Below, in pieces: positions 19,797 through 30,268 of a DNA stretch of 64,000 nt. Source of the stretch: Phycisphaerales bacterium (lineage in GTDB: Bacteria; Planctomycetota; Phycisphaerae; WQYP01); contig DAHVEJ010000001.1 of the NCBI GenBank assembly GCA_027313145.1, positions 6,698 to 70,697 on the forward strand. The letters run 5' to 3'. Below the pieces are notes generated by a model, which ran no database searches, was not told the origin of the DNA, and worked only from the letters and a program-made list of their open reading frames with translations. How positions within the stretch are numbered: the stretch's first letter is position 1; the number at the start of each line of letters is the position of its first letter. The translations under genes and the position numbers were made by a program.

Positions 19797-19907
19797 GGCA
19801 ATATTTCCGGGCAGGCGGCGAAATCGACGGCATACATGCCGGCGCTAAGATAATGGATGGTCTTGGAAACGCGCACGGCAGGGCCTTGCCCGGATTTATT
19901 GCCACGC
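19797..19907. repeat. Repeat family B copy 1 (111 nt), about 86% identical to 41261-41373, with imperfect inverted ends (GGCAATA.../...TATTGCC).
   Basis: Direct sequence comparison of the two intergenic segments. Both are in the same orientation. Confidence 0.7.
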
Positions 19908-20033
19908 CAGTCTCGGGGTGACCTTCGGGGCAACGTCGGGAAATTAATTCAGTGCAGATTTCGCTGTGGCCACGCCACGATTGCTAAATCGCTATAGAAT
20001 ATCTGTTGTAGGATCAGGAAAGGATCGCGATTC

Positions 20034-21713
20034 ATGCGTATTGCCATGGCCCAGCTCAACCCCACCGTCGGTGATATTGCGGGAAATACCCGGCGCATCA
20101 TCAGCGCGATGAATCAGGCAATCGGGCAAGGTGCCGAATTGCTGGTGTCGCCGGAATTGTCCATCATTGGATATCCGCCGCGGGATTTGCTTTTAAAACC
20201 CAGCGTGCTGCATCAGATGCGGAACGCTGTAAATGATATTGCCCGGCACAGCAAAGGTATTACCACCATGGTCGGCTACGCGCAGGAAAATCCCGGTGTG
20301 TCGGGCCGCACGCTTTACAATGCCCTGGCGGTGGTTCGGGATGGGGCGATCCTTCATCGGGGCGTTAAAAGCCTGTTACCAACTTATGATGTTTTTGATG
20401 AAAGCCGATATTTTGAACCCGGCCCCAAAACGGAAACGGTGATGCTCGGTTCGCTGCGCATCGGCTTGTCGATCTGTGAAGATTTATGGAATGACGAGCA
20501 GGTGGTCGGCCGGCAGATGTATACATTTAATCCTGTCGAGGCACTGGCCAAGGCCGGAGCTAATATGCTGGTCAATATCAGCGCTTCACCCTTTACGCTG
20601 GGGAAAAATGATTTTCGCCGAAAGCTTATCAGCCATCAGGCCCGTCGATGGAATATGCCCATTGTGTACGTGAATCAGGTGGGAGCGAACGATGAACTGA
20701 TTTTTGACGGCTGTTCCATGGCCTTTGACGCGGCGGGAAATCTGCTGGCGCAAGGCAAAGATTTCGAGGAAGATTTGATCGTTTTTGATTTGCCGGGGCC
20801 GGCGAAGCTGGATTGCCCGCCGCCGCGGACGGGAATTGCCTCCCTGCACGCGGCGCTGGTGCTGGGCTTGCGCGACTATGCTCGTAAATGTGGGTTCAAA
20901 ACAGCGGTGCTGGGACTTTCCGGGGGTATTGATTCCGCGGTAGTCGCGGCACTGGCGGCCGAGGCTTTGGGCCAAGATAATGTGACGGCCGTTGCGTTAC
21001 CCTCACGTTATAGCTCAGACCACAGTTTAAGCGATGCCCGCAAGCTCGCCGATGCGATCGGCATACATTTTTATGAACTTCCCATCGAAGCAGCACACCA
21101 GGCAATGGAAAAAACCCTGGAGAAATTTTTCCATAACACCCCATCGGGTCTGGCGGAAGAGAATTTACAAGCGCGTATCCGCGGCAATCTGCTGATGGCG
21201 TTGTCTAATAAATTCGGCCACCTGCTGTTAACCACCGGTAATAAAAGTGAAGTCGCCACCGGGTATTGCACACTTTACGGCGACATGTGCGGCGGCCTGG
21301 CGGTCATCAGTGATGTACCGAAAATGATGGTGTATGAACTGGCCAGAGAAATTAACCAACAGCGCCTGCGTTCGGGCCTGTCGGCAGCGATTCCCGAGGG
21401 ATCCATCACCAAACCACCGAGTGCGGAATTGCGCCCCAACCAGACAGATCAGGACAGTCTTCCCCCCTATCCGATGCTGGACGCAATTTTACGGCTTTAC
21501 GTGGAAGAGGAAAAATCGGTCTGGGAAATTATCGCCGCCGGCTTTGATAAACCGACAGTATTGCGCGTTGCGCGGCTGGTGGATATCAACGAATATAAAC
21601 GCAAGCAAATGCCACCGGGGCTGAAGGTAACATCCCGTGCGTTTGGCTACGGTCGCCGCATGCCTATTGCGCAACGCTACGACCCCGCAGCGATGGCCCA
21701 ACAGCCGGAATAA
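20034..21713 (+). CDS. nadE: Glutamine-dependent NAD+ synthetase.
   Basis: N-terminal CN-hydrolase domain and a C-terminal NAD synthase domain with PP-loop SGGIDSAVVAALA. Confidence 0.95.
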   Translation: MRIAMAQLNPTVGDIAGNTRRIISAMNQAIGQGAELLVSPELSIIGYPPRDLLLKPSVLHQMRNAVNDIARHSKGITTMVGYAQENPGVSGRTLYNALAVVRDGAILHRGVKSLLPTYDVFDESRYFEPGPKTETVMLGSLRIGLSICEDLWNDEQVVGRQMYTFNPVEALAKAGANMLVNISASPFTLGKNDFRRKLISHQARRWNMPIVYVNQVGANDELIFDGCSMAFDAAGNLLAQGKDFEEDLIVFDLPGPAKLDCPPPRTGIASLHAALVLGLRDYARKCGFKTAVLGLSGGIDSAVVAALAAEALGQDNVTAVALPSRYSSDHSLSDARKLADAIGIHFYELPIEAAHQAMEKTLEKFFHNTPSGLAEENLQARIRGNLLMALSNKFGHLLLTTGNKSEVATGYCTLYGDMCGGLAVISDVPKMMVYELAREINQQRLRSGLSAAIPEGSITKPPSAELRPNQTDQDSLPPYPMLDAILRLYVEEEKSVWEIIAAGFDKPTVLRVARLVDINEYKRKQMPPGLKVTSRAFGYGRRMPIAQRYDPAAMAQQPE

Positions 21714-21880
21714 GGGTTGGATAAGCCCGGTAGAGATCTCTTCATCAAGACAATTTTGAATTCCGCTGTAACTTTCTCCCGCCACGCGCGTTTGGCTAGC
21801 TTGTAGGCGACCGTTAGGGGATTACATCGGATGGTCCGATGGTCCGCAGGTGGTGCGTTCCAGTTAGTAAGGGGTTTTTT

Positions 21881-22369
21881 ATGCGTAAGTTTGTAGTAGC
21901 TTTACTGGCGGTATTATTGGTCGGTGCCATCGCGCCAATCATACCGCAGGCGGCTCAGGCACAAGTTGCCACGAGCACGGATCAAACCGGAACCTTAACC
22001 GGAAAAGTGGTGGATGCCAATGGAAATCCCGTCAGCGGAGCCATGGTAAATGTCATGCTGATCCCCAATAACGGCCCACGGCAGCGCGGTCGTATGAGGC
22101 CTAATCAGGTACAGCCGGGGCAGACGGTTTGGATTAAGCGAACCATGGTGCGTGGTATCACCAAAACCGCTGATGACGGCACATTTACCATCAATAACGC
22201 CCCCGTTGGAAGATATCGCATTTTCGTATTTGACCGCGGCGTCGGCTTTGGCCACGTTCAGAAGCCTGTTTCGGTGGCTTCGGGCGCAACCGGTGATGCC
22301 GGCACAATTACCTTGCAAAAAGGCCGTCCGGGCCGTGGTGGCCGCCGTGGCCCACCGCCGGGCCGCTAA
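21881..22369 (+). CDS. Secreted carboxypeptidase-regulatory-like (CarbopepD_reg) domain protein with a Gly/Arg-rich tail.
   Basis: Signal peptide MRKFVVALLAVLLVGA. The TGKVVDANGNPVSGAMV beta-sandwich motif. Confidence 0.5.
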   Translation: MRKFVVALLAVLLVGAIAPIIPQAAQAQVATSTDQTGTLTGKVVDANGNPVSGAMVNVMLIPNNGPRQRGRMRPNQVQPGQTVWIKRTMVRGITKTADDGTFTINNAPVGRYRIFVFDRGVGFGHVQKPVSVASGATGDAGTITLQKGRPGRGGRRGPPPGR

Positions 22370-22500
22370 TATACGAGTTTTTAACTGCATGGGCCTGAGG
22401 GGCGTAGCGGCCTATTGCCGCCCCATTCGCTGAGCCATAGCGCCAAAGTCCCGATCTCCTTCTAAACGGCTCACACCCTCATCATGCAGGGTAACAACCC

Positions 22501-22535
22501 CGTCCCGCAGGCTGAACCCTGCGGGACTTTTTTTG
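22501..22535 (+). terminator. Rho-independent terminator.
   Basis: GTCCCGCAGG-CTGAAC-CCTGCGGGAC followed by TTTTTTT. Confidence 0.75.
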
Positions 22536-22770
22536 GGCATTACACCACTATTTGACTTTATCGCTAAATAAGAATATAAGAATATAGCGAATGAGGCGGC
22601 GGGGCTGCTTGGGTTTGGAACATTCTTGACCGAGTATAATGTTCTGGGACTCCGGTTGCTTGCTGCTTCGCTAATTCCCTGTGGCCGCATCTTGGTGGAT
22701 GCGGTCGGTTGCTGTGGAAATCGGCACCGCATCAACTTGTTTGTGCGCCGAGTTTTATTGAGGTGTTCTT

Positions 22771-22971
22771 ATGACAGTTGATCGTGGTGTACGTATCGTG
22801 GCCGGTGCAATGGTGCTTATCAGCGTGGCCTTGGCGGTATGGGTTAATCAGTGGTGGTTGGTGCTGGCCGCTTTTGTCGGCTTGAACCTGATCCAATCCG
22901 CCTTCACGGGCTTTTGCCCTGCGGAGAAAATTCTGGGACAATGTGGCTTGAAGCAAACGCATCAGGCGTAA
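22771..22971 (+). CDS. DUF2892 (YgaP-like) small inner-membrane protein.
   Basis: 66 aa with two TM helices and the conserved GxCP motif (FTGFCPAEKIL). Confidence 0.55.
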   Translation: MTVDRGVRIVAGAMVLISVALAVWVNQWWLVLAAFVGLNLIQSAFTGFCPAEKILGQCGLKQTHQA

Positions 22972-23027
22972 AATGGCAACGGCTGTTGTCTTGAGTTTGT
23001 GACAGTTTTAAATCGGGAGCGTGGATC

Positions 23028-24182
23028 ATGGCGAAACGCCGGCTCCAACTGAAAAATATTGCCCGTATTGCCGGGCGCATCGCAGGGGTGCTTCTGGCCA
23101 TACTATTGGTGGTGGCGCTGCTGCTGTGGAGCACGGGAGCGCTTAAGGCGAAAATCTCACCGGGGTCGCTACCGGTGCCAACCACCAAGCCATTCCAGGG
23201 TGCCACGGCCATCGTGGCGGTCCAATCCATTTCGCAGAATCTCCGCGCGGTGGGCACCATCACACCGATCGCACCGGTACTGTTGACACCGCGAATCGTA
23301 GGGCGAATTGTTTTCAGCCGCTTAATCGCCGGTGGCACCGTGCGAAAAGGTCAAGTGCTGGTGCGCCTGGATTCGGCGCAGCTCAAAGCCCAGGTGGCGC
23401 AGACCGCAGCTGCGGTGTTGTTGGCCAAAGCACAATTGCGCCAGGCGTTGATTGACCAGAAGCGGGACAAAACACTGTTAACCACTGGCGATGTCACCAC
23501 GGCAACGATGGATGTGGCAGATACCGCGGTAGCTTCGGATCGCGCGAATCTGGCACATGCCTTGGCGGAAATGCAGGCGGCACAGGCCGTTCTGGGCTAC
23601 ACCACCATCCGCTCGACGATCAACGGAATCGTGATGCAAAAATATGTCAACGTGGGGGATACCGTTATGCCCGGTCAGATGCTGGCCAAACTTTATGATC
23701 CCCATAAACTTCAGTTGGCGGCCGTGGTGCGGGAATCTCTCGCTTCTTTGCTGCACCTGGGGCAAAAGATGTCCGTGCGACTGGAAGGTTTCCACGCCAC
23801 CGTGCAAGCACACATCCGACAAATTGCGCCGCGTGTCAATGCGCAAAGCCGCAGTTTTATTGTGAAAGTTACCGGCAAATTTCCGTCCGGTGTATGGCCG
23901 GGAATGTATGGCAATCTAATTATTCCTACCGGATCGCATAAAGTTTTGGTGGCACCCCAAGCCGCCATTAAGCATATTGGTCAACTGGATCTCGTGACGT
24001 TACTTGTCCATGGGCGTCTGGTGCGTCAAACAGTTCAACCCGGGCGGCATATTGGTTCCATGCGGGAAATTCTTTCCGGCGTGGTAGCCGGACAGCGGGT
24101 GGTCGTGGCGTCCACGAAATCCCAAATCTCAAATCCCAAATCTCAAATGAGTCATTCCACCACCGTGGAGATCAACCCATGA
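23028..24182 (+). CDS. Efflux RND transporter periplasmic adaptor subunit (HlyD/MFP family).
   Basis: N-terminal TM anchor, coiled-coil and lipoyl/beta-barrel regions. Stop overlaps the RND start (ATGA). Confidence 0.85.
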   Translation: MAKRRLQLKNIARIAGRIAGVLLAILLVVALLLWSTGALKAKISPGSLPVPTTKPFQGATAIVAVQSISQNLRAVGTITPIAPVLLTPRIVGRIVFSRLIAGGTVRKGQVLVRLDSAQLKAQVAQTAAAVLLAKAQLRQALIDQKRDKTLLTTGDVTTATMDVADTAVASDRANLAHALAEMQAAQAVLGYTTIRSTINGIVMQKYVNVGDTVMPGQMLAKLYDPHKLQLAAVVRESLASLLHLGQKMSVRLEGFHATVQAHIRQIAPRVNAQSRSFIVKVTGKFPSGVWPGMYGNLIIPTGSHKVLVAPQAAIKHIGQLDLVTLLVHGRLVRQTVQPGRHIGSMREILSGVVAGQRVVVASTKSQISNPKSQMSHSTTVEINP

Positions 24183-27100
24183 GCACCCCACCGGACCCCC
24201 GCGCTGGTGAACTAAGTCTCATTGAGCGCGTGGTCAAAATTTTTCTGCATTCCAAGCTCTCGCTGGTGCTGATTTTATTAGCGGTGCTTTTGGGTGCCGC
24301 GTCACTGTTGATTACCCCCCGTGAAAAAGATCCACAGATTATTGTCCCGATGGTGGATATTTATGTGAGTTATCCCGGGCACAGCGCCAAAAGCGTGGAA
24401 CAACTGGTGACCACGCCGTTGGAAAAACTACTGTATCAGATTCATGGCGTTGAATATGTCTATTCCACCAGCCGGCGCGATCAGTCCATGGTCACAGCCC
24501 GATTTTTTGTCGGGCAGGACGTGGAACGCAGCGTGGTGAAGGTGTTTCGCAAAATTAAGCAGCATCTCAATCGCGTGCCGACCGGCGTAACCGGTTGGGT
24601 CATTAAACCGGAAACCATTAACGATGTGCCGATTGTTACCCTTACGCTGACCAGCAAAACCGCCACCGCCGTAGCTCTAAGGCAAACCGCCGAAGAGTTG
24701 GCCGCTCGCCTTGCTGCGGCACCGGACGTGTCACGCGCGTATGTCATCGGTGGTCGACCACGCGTGGTCTATGCCTACCTAAGCCCGTCAAAAATGCACG
24801 CCTACAACATTACGCCCCTGGAAATAGATCATGAAATTCAGGCGGCGGATGTCACCATGACCGCGGGCAGTTATCAGCGGAACAACAATGAAATTCATGT
24901 GCTGGCCGGAACCGCGTTGGCCAATGCCCGACAATTAGGAAGATTGGTTGTGTCCGTATGGCATCAGCAGCCGGTGTATTTGAGCAATGTCGCAAAAATT
25001 GTCGATGGCCCCGCCGAAGTGCATTCGTATGTCTGGCATACGTGGGGACCGGCTGCCAACGTGCCTGAGGACCATGATTTTCCCGGCACCCTCCTGGCCG
25101 GGAAATCCGCACGCCGCATGCACAGCGCGTCGCCCGCGGTCACCGTGGCAATCGCCAAAAAGGCCGGGAGCAATGCGGTAACGGTAGCGGCAGATGTTAT
25201 CCATCGGGCACGCGTGCTGGCCGGGGTGATGTTGCCATCCAACATCAACATGATCGTTACGCGAAACAGCGGTCTTTCGGCAAACGCCAAAGTCAACGGT
25301 CTGGTGGACGGATTGCTGGTAGCGATTGTCATTGTCATTGTGCTTTTGACCATTGGACTGGGATGGCGGGAATCCATTGTCGTGGCGGTGGCCATTCCGG
25401 TGGTGTTCGGACTTACGTTGGCTTGTAACCTGATGCTGGGGTTTACCATCAATCGGGTGACGCTTTTCGCACTGATTCTTTCCCTTGGGTTGCTGGTAGA
25501 TGACCCTATCGTGGATGTGGAGAATATCAGCCGACATTTTGCCTTGGAAGGCAAGGCCACGCGACTTATTGCCTTAAAGGCCATCTCCGAAGTTCTTGGC
25601 CCGCTGATTGTCGCCACGCTGGCGGTCATTCTTTCCTTTATTCCAATGTTTTTTATCACAGGGATGATGGGGCCTTACATGCGGCCGATGGCATTTAATG
25701 TGCCGGTGGCCATGCTCATGTCGATGCTTGTGGCGTTTACGATCACGCCCTGGATGGCGTATCACATGTTGAAAAACAAGCATCGTGAAACGGAATTGCT
25801 GGCCCGCGAGGAATCAGCAGATCCGCACGTTGTGCCCGCCATCCAGCAAACCATTCGGTATCGGGTGTTTTCAAAATTGCTGGGGTCCATGCTGGAATAT
25901 CGCTTAGCGCGGTGGGGATTTCTGCTGGCGGTTGCGGGCGTTACCGTCGCCGCGGTCGCCTTGCCGGCCATGCGAATGGTGCCCCTGAAAATGCTGCCGT
26001 TCAGTGATCAGAGCAATTTGTTAATTGTTATCCACGCGCCGCGCGGCACCACGGTGCAGGGTAGCGATGCCGCCACACGGGCACTGGTGCATCGGCTGGA
26101 ACGGCTGCATGAAGTGGTGGATATTACCAGTTATGTCGGGGTCGCGGCCCCGATGGATTTTAATGGTCTGGTGCGGCACTATTTTATTCGCAATCAAGTC
26201 AACGATGCGCAGATTGCCATTGATCTGGCCGGCAAACAGCAACGCGCCATGCAAACCCACGAAATTGCCCTGCGTATCCGCAACAGCCTCACCGCCATTG
26301 CTCATAAATATGGCGTGCGCATTCAAATTGTGGAAGCTCCGCCCGGACCGCCGGTGCTGGACACCATCGTCGGGGAAATTCACGGATCCCCCACCACCAG
26401 TTACCATCAGATGCAGTTGGCGGCCCGCACGTTGCGCCATCGTCTTTTGCTGGAGCCGGATGTCGTCGATGTGGATGATTCGGTGCAGGCACCGCAAAGA
26501 CAAATGGTGTTCGTCACTGATAAACGTAAAGCGGCGCTTAGCGGTGTGACTACCAGTGAAATCTCCCGCACGCTGGCACTGGCGTTAGGCGGTACTGTTG
26601 CCGGAACGATTCACGCCCCCCGCCAGCGACAGCCTTTAAATATTATTCTCCGCTTACCAATAGCCCGGCGTTCCAACCGGGCGGAATTATCCGGCATATT
26701 TGTGCGCGGCACCGGGGGTGTATTGGTGCCCTTGGCGGAATTAGGGCATTGGAAGCGTACTTTCAGGGGGCAGGCTATTTACCATAAAGACTTGCGCCGC
26801 ATTGTCTATGTGTATGCGGATACTGCGGGCCGACCGCCGGTAAACGCCATCTTGGATGTTGAGGCGGATCGCGTGCCGGATGGTTGCACGCCGAAAATTG
26901 CGGCAATGACTTGCGTCGGCAATGGCTGGATTCATGAAGTCAAACCGCGGCCACTTTCTGATCGATCCTTTTTTCACGACGGATCAGGAATCGCCTGGCA
27001 GTTGCCGCCGGGAATCCATGTTAATTTCGCAGGGGAAGGTGAATGGCGCGTTACCATCCATGTTTTCCGTGACCTGGGCCTGGCGTTTGGTGCCGCGATG

Positions 27101-27613
27101 ATCGGCATTTATGTGCTGCTGATTGCCCAAACGGGGTCCTTCCTTTTGCCGCTGATAATCATGCTGGCCATTCCCCTGACAATCCCCGGCGTCATGCCCG
27201 GGTTCTGGATATTGAATGTGCTAACCGCCCATCAAGTCGGTGGTTACCGCGCTTCAGTATTTTTTACCGCCACTGCCATGATCGGTATGATCGCCCTGGC
27301 CGGCATTGTGACGCGCAACGCCATTATTCTCATTGATTTCATTCATCGGTCGTTGGCCAACGGGCAATCGCTTTACGATGCGATTCTCGAAAGCGTGGTG
27401 GTGCGAATGCGGCCCATTCTGCTTACCGCCGCCGCGGCGATGCTGTCATCCATTCCCATTTTGAGCGATCCAATTTTTTCCGGTCTGGCCTGGGCACTGA
27501 TCTTCGGGCTGTTAGCCTCGACGATATTTACACTCTTCGTAATTCCGGTGACCTACTACATTCTATTTATAAATAAACCCGGCCACGGAGCGCCAACGCA
27601 AGGTGAATCATAA
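24179..27613 (+). CDS. RND efflux transporter permease (AcrB/HAE family), 1144 aa.
   Basis: 12-TM architecture with two large periplasmic loops, typical AcrB-like sequence. Confidence 0.93.
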   Translation: MSTPPDPRAGELSLIERVVKIFLHSKLSLVLILLAVLLGAASLLITPREKDPQIIVPMVDIYVSYPGHSAKSVEQLVTTPLEKLLYQIHGVEYVYSTSRRDQSMVTARFFVGQDVERSVVKVFRKIKQHLNRVPTGVTGWVIKPETINDVPIVTLTLTSKTATAVALRQTAEELAARLAAAPDVSRAYVIGGRPRVVYAYLSPSKMHAYNITPLEIDHEIQAADVTMTAGSYQRNNNEIHVLAGTALANARQLGRLVVSVWHQQPVYLSNVAKIVDGPAEVHSYVWHTWGPAANVPEDHDFPGTLLAGKSARRMHSASPAVTVAIAKKAGSNAVTVAADVIHRARVLAGVMLPSNINMIVTRNSGLSANAKVNGLVDGLLVAIVIVIVLLTIGLGWRESIVVAVAIPVVFGLTLACNLMLGFTINRVTLFALILSLGLLVDDPIVDVENISRHFALEGKATRLIALKAISEVLGPLIVATLAVILSFIPMFFITGMMGPYMRPMAFNVPVAMLMSMLVAFTITPWMAYHMLKNKHRETELLAREESADPHVVPAIQQTIRYRVFSKLLGSMLEYRLARWGFLLAVAGVTVAAVALPAMRMVPLKMLPFSDQSNLLIVIHAPRGTTVQGSDAATRALVHRLERLHEVVDITSYVGVAAPMDFNGLVRHYFIRNQVNDAQIAIDLAGKQQRAMQTHEIALRIRNSLTAIAHKYGVRIQIVEAPPGPPVLDTIVGEIHGSPTTSYHQMQLAARTLRHRLLLEPDVVDVDDSVQAPQRQMVFVTDKRKAALSGVTTSEISRTLALALGGTVAGTIHAPRQRQPLNIILRLPIARRSNRAELSGIFVRGTGGVLVPLAELGHWKRTFRGQAIYHKDLRRIVYVYADTAGRPPVNAILDVEADRVPDGCTPKIAAMTCVGNGWIHEVKPRPLSDRSFFHDGSGIAWQLPPGIHVNFAGEGEWRVTIHVFRDLGLAFGAAMIGIYVLLIAQTGSFLLPLIIMLAIPLTIPGVMPGFWILNVLTAHQVGGYRASVFFTATAMIGMIALAGIVTRNAIILIDFIHRSLANGQSLYDAILESVVVRMRPILLTAAAAMLSSIPILSDPIFSGLAWALIFGLLASTIFTLFVIPVTYYILFINKPGHGAPTQGES

Positions 27614-27840
27614 CCCCGTTACGCCCGCGTTTATCTTCGTGATCCGTTATATTTGACATTTGGTTATTTAGGTTTACCACGAAGCTATTTCCTGATCCAG
27701 ATAATATTGTTTGTTACCGCCAGCGTGGCGGAGCCGGGAGTCAGAAGTTAGGAGTTGGGAGTTAGGAGAATGCAGCGCTGCGCTTCACTCAATGGCCAAC
27801 GGCCAAGGAACCATGAGCAAATTAAAAGGAATTCCATTTT

Positions 27841-28075
27841 TCTGATTATTGATCATTGATCTTTGATCATTGACTTGGGCGCGGAAACCCCGCGGCCCGG
27901 AGCGCAGAAAGCGCCGACGGAATTGGCTTTCAGAGATTGTTTCATCCCCGGCAACCATGCTGTAATGTTCACCTTTCCACTGCTCGCCTGTTCTATTGGG
28001 CCGCCGCCCAATCCGCTCTACTTTCAACTCTCTACTGCTCGCCTGCTCTAATCGGGCCGCAGCCCGATTTGTACT
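27841..28075. repeat. Compound repeat: TGATCA cluster (27849-27872) plus two REP-like palindromic units (27978-28016 and 28033-28073, each with hairpin GGGCCGC(A/C)GCCC).
   Basis: Reverse complement of the REP doublet recurs at 36563-36660. The second unit overlaps the last codons of argF. Confidence 0.7.
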
Positions 28076-29004
28076 GCCAGCAGGGCCTTCTGGAAATGGA
28101 GGCGGTTTTCGGCTTGTTGAAATACGATGCTGCGGTCAAAATCCATGGCTTCATCGGTTATTTCCACGCCCCGATACGCCGGCAGGCAGTGCATGACTAC
28201 CGCATGGGCCGGGGCGGCGGAAATGAGTTTGGCGTTAATCTGGTAGGGGGTAAAAATCTTCATCCGCTGGGCTTTTTCAGTTTCCTGTCCCATACTGACC
28301 CAGGTGTCGGTGTAAATAATATCCGCGGCAGCAACCGCCGCCATGGGGTCGGTGGTAGCCTGAAAATCAAATCCCGGAATGCTGGATGCGGCTTGAACAT
28401 CGGACGCGTGCAGTTCATAACCAACGGGCGCGGCGATACGGAATTTCAATCCGAACACCGCGCAGGCTTCCATGAGTGATCGGGCGACATTGTTGCCATC
28501 GCCCACGTACGCCAGCGTCAGGTCGGAAAGAGATCCGAAGTGTTCGCGAATGGTCAGCAGATCGGCCATGACCTGACAGGGATGGCTGCGGTCGCTAAGG
28601 GCGTTGGTGACGGGGCGATTGCTGAAACGGGCCAGTTGCACAATGGTGTCATGGGCAAATGTCCGGGCCATAATGGCGTCACAGAATCCCGAAAGAACGC
28701 GTGCGGCGTCAGGGACGCTTTCGCGCGTGCCTAAGCCGATTTCACCGGGGGTAATGTAAATGGCGGCCCCGCCCAGATGCGTCATGGCCACTTCAAAACT
28801 CACCCGTGTGCGCAACGAGGGCTTTTCAAAAATCATGGCCAGGGTTTTGCCCGCGGCGACGGGGTCATTGCGTCCCGTGGAGCGGTATTGTGCTTTAAGC
28901 CGTTGGGCCACGGCCAGCAGATGCTCCAGCGTGGCGCGTGGCATGCCGAGAATGTCAATGAAATCAAATTTGCCGCCCGACGGCGCGCTGTTGGTCTGGT
29001 TCAT
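28048..29004 (-). CDS. argF: Ornithine carbamoyltransferase.
   Basis: STRTR carbamoyl-phosphate binding motif and an HCLP motif. Confidence 0.92.
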   Translation of the reverse strand: MNQTNSAPSGGKFDFIDILGMPRATLEHLLAVAQRLKAQYRSTGRNDPVAAGKTLAMIFEKPSLRTRVSFEVAMTHLGGAAIYITPGEIGLGTRESVPDAARVLSGFCDAIMARTFAHDTIVQLARFSNRPVTNALSDRSHPCQVMADLLTIREHFGSLSDLTLAYVGDGNNVARSLMEACAVFGLKFRIAAPVGYELHASDVQAASSIPGFDFQATTDPMAAVAAADIIYTDTWVSMGQETEKAQRMKIFTPYQINAKLISAAPAHAVVMHCLPAYRGVEITDEAMDFDRSIVFQQAENRLHFQKALLAVQIGLRPD

Positions 29005-29061
29005 GATAACGCCTCAGTTCAGATTATATATCCGCTGATATTGGGATAAATACTCATGTCA

Positions 29062-29955
29062 TTAAGATCGGATAATTTCCGTGCCCACGCCCTGATCGGA
29101 ATAAATTTCCAGCAGCAGGGAATGGGGAAATCGGCCGTCGATAATATGTGTTTTCTGCACGCCGCCATCCAGGGCAATAAAACAGGCCTCCACTTTGGGC
29201 AGCATTCCTTCGCCGATATTTCCCGCCGCCACAAGTTTCTCAATTTCCTCGCGGGAAACGCTGCGTAGAAGGGAAGCGGGATCATCCTTGCGCCGGCGTA
29301 TACCGTGCGTATCGGATACCAGCACCATTTTCTCCGCCCGGCATGCGGCGGCGACAAATCCGGCGGCGGTATCGGCGTTGACATTGAGCTTGCCGCCCGC
29401 GTTATCCAGGGCGATTGGGGCAATGACCGGGATATAGTCCGCCGCGGCCAGGGCCTGCAGCAATTCCGAGTTCACGCGCGTAATCTGCCCGACGCGGCCA
29501 ATATCAATGCGTGGATTGTTTTGATCGGATAAGTACAGTTTCTCGGCAAATAATACCGCGCTACCCAGCGAATTTAACTGCATGGCCTTGCCGCCAAGTT
29601 CACCGATGGTCTGCACAATAAACGTATTGATGTCATTGACCAGCACATGCTCCGCAATGGCCAACGTGCGGTCATCGGTATAGCGGCGGCCCATAACAAA
29701 CTGGGCCTCAATGCCCGCTTCGTTCATGGCCTGCGTGATCGCTTTGCCTCCGCCATGCACCACCACCGGCCTCATGCCCACGGCATGCATAAATACAATG
29801 TCAGTAAGGACCTTGCGGAATTCCTCGCGGGAATCCATAAATGAACCACCGAGCTTAACGACCACAATTTTCTCGTTGAAACGCTGGATATATCCCAACG
29901 CCTCAATAAGCGAGCCGGCTTTATCAAGAATTGTTTTATCCATGGCCACGTCCAA
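29062..29955 (-). CDS. argB: Acetylglutamate kinase.
   Basis: VVKLGGS amino-acid kinase motif. Full-length similarity. Confidence 0.92.
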   Translation of the reverse strand: MDVAMDKTILDKAGSLIEALGYIQRFNEKIVVVKLGGSFMDSREEFRKVLTDIVFMHAVGMRPVVVHGGGKAITQAMNEAGIEAQFVMGRRYTDDRTLAIAEHVLVNDINTFIVQTIGELGGKAMQLNSLGSAVLFAEKLYLSDQNNPRIDIGRVGQITRVNSELLQALAAADYIPVIAPIALDNAGGKLNVNADTAAGFVAAACRAEKMVLVSDTHGIRRRKDDPASLLRSVSREEIEKLVAAGNIGEGMLPKVEACFIALDGGVQKTHIIDGRFPHSLLLEIYSDQGVGTEIIRS

Positions 29956-30268
29956 GGGAAACTCCCATTAAAATGTAGGGTTCATCTAACTCCGCGCGGC
30001 TGGAAAATAAGCCGCCCCCGGCTTGTTCCGTCAAGCGTGGAGGCCTCATTAAGTATCCAATATTCCCGCGCAGGGAACAAACAGGGCGATGAGAATACGA
30101 TTGCTTGGCGTACAAAGCAAGGTTTTCCCGGCAGAAAAGGTCGAAATTTTTGGTGCCACCCCCCAAAATTGCCCGAATTTCAGCAATAAACTAAAAACAC
30201 GCCGCTTTGTCACTTGAAACTGCCCTGCCTTTGCCACTAGCATCATGCGGTGATCAATGTGATGTTGT

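Noticed and set aside
19709-19933. 74-aa and 88-aa minus-strand ORFs (19709..19933 and 41074..41340).
   Set aside because: Translations of the family-B repeat with shared peptide from DNA identity. Not genes.
19797-20033. NAD+-related riboswitch upstream of nadE.
   Set aside because: The element also occurs in an unrelated context at 41.3 kb. No recognisable nadA-motif tandem domains.
24964-25783. Antisense ORFs inside the RND pump gene (231 aa; His-rich 69 aa).
   Set aside because: Fully embedded antisense to a confidently identified gene, with high-GC frame artefacts. The same applies to 17670..18320 inside GH3 and 20586..20975 inside nadE.
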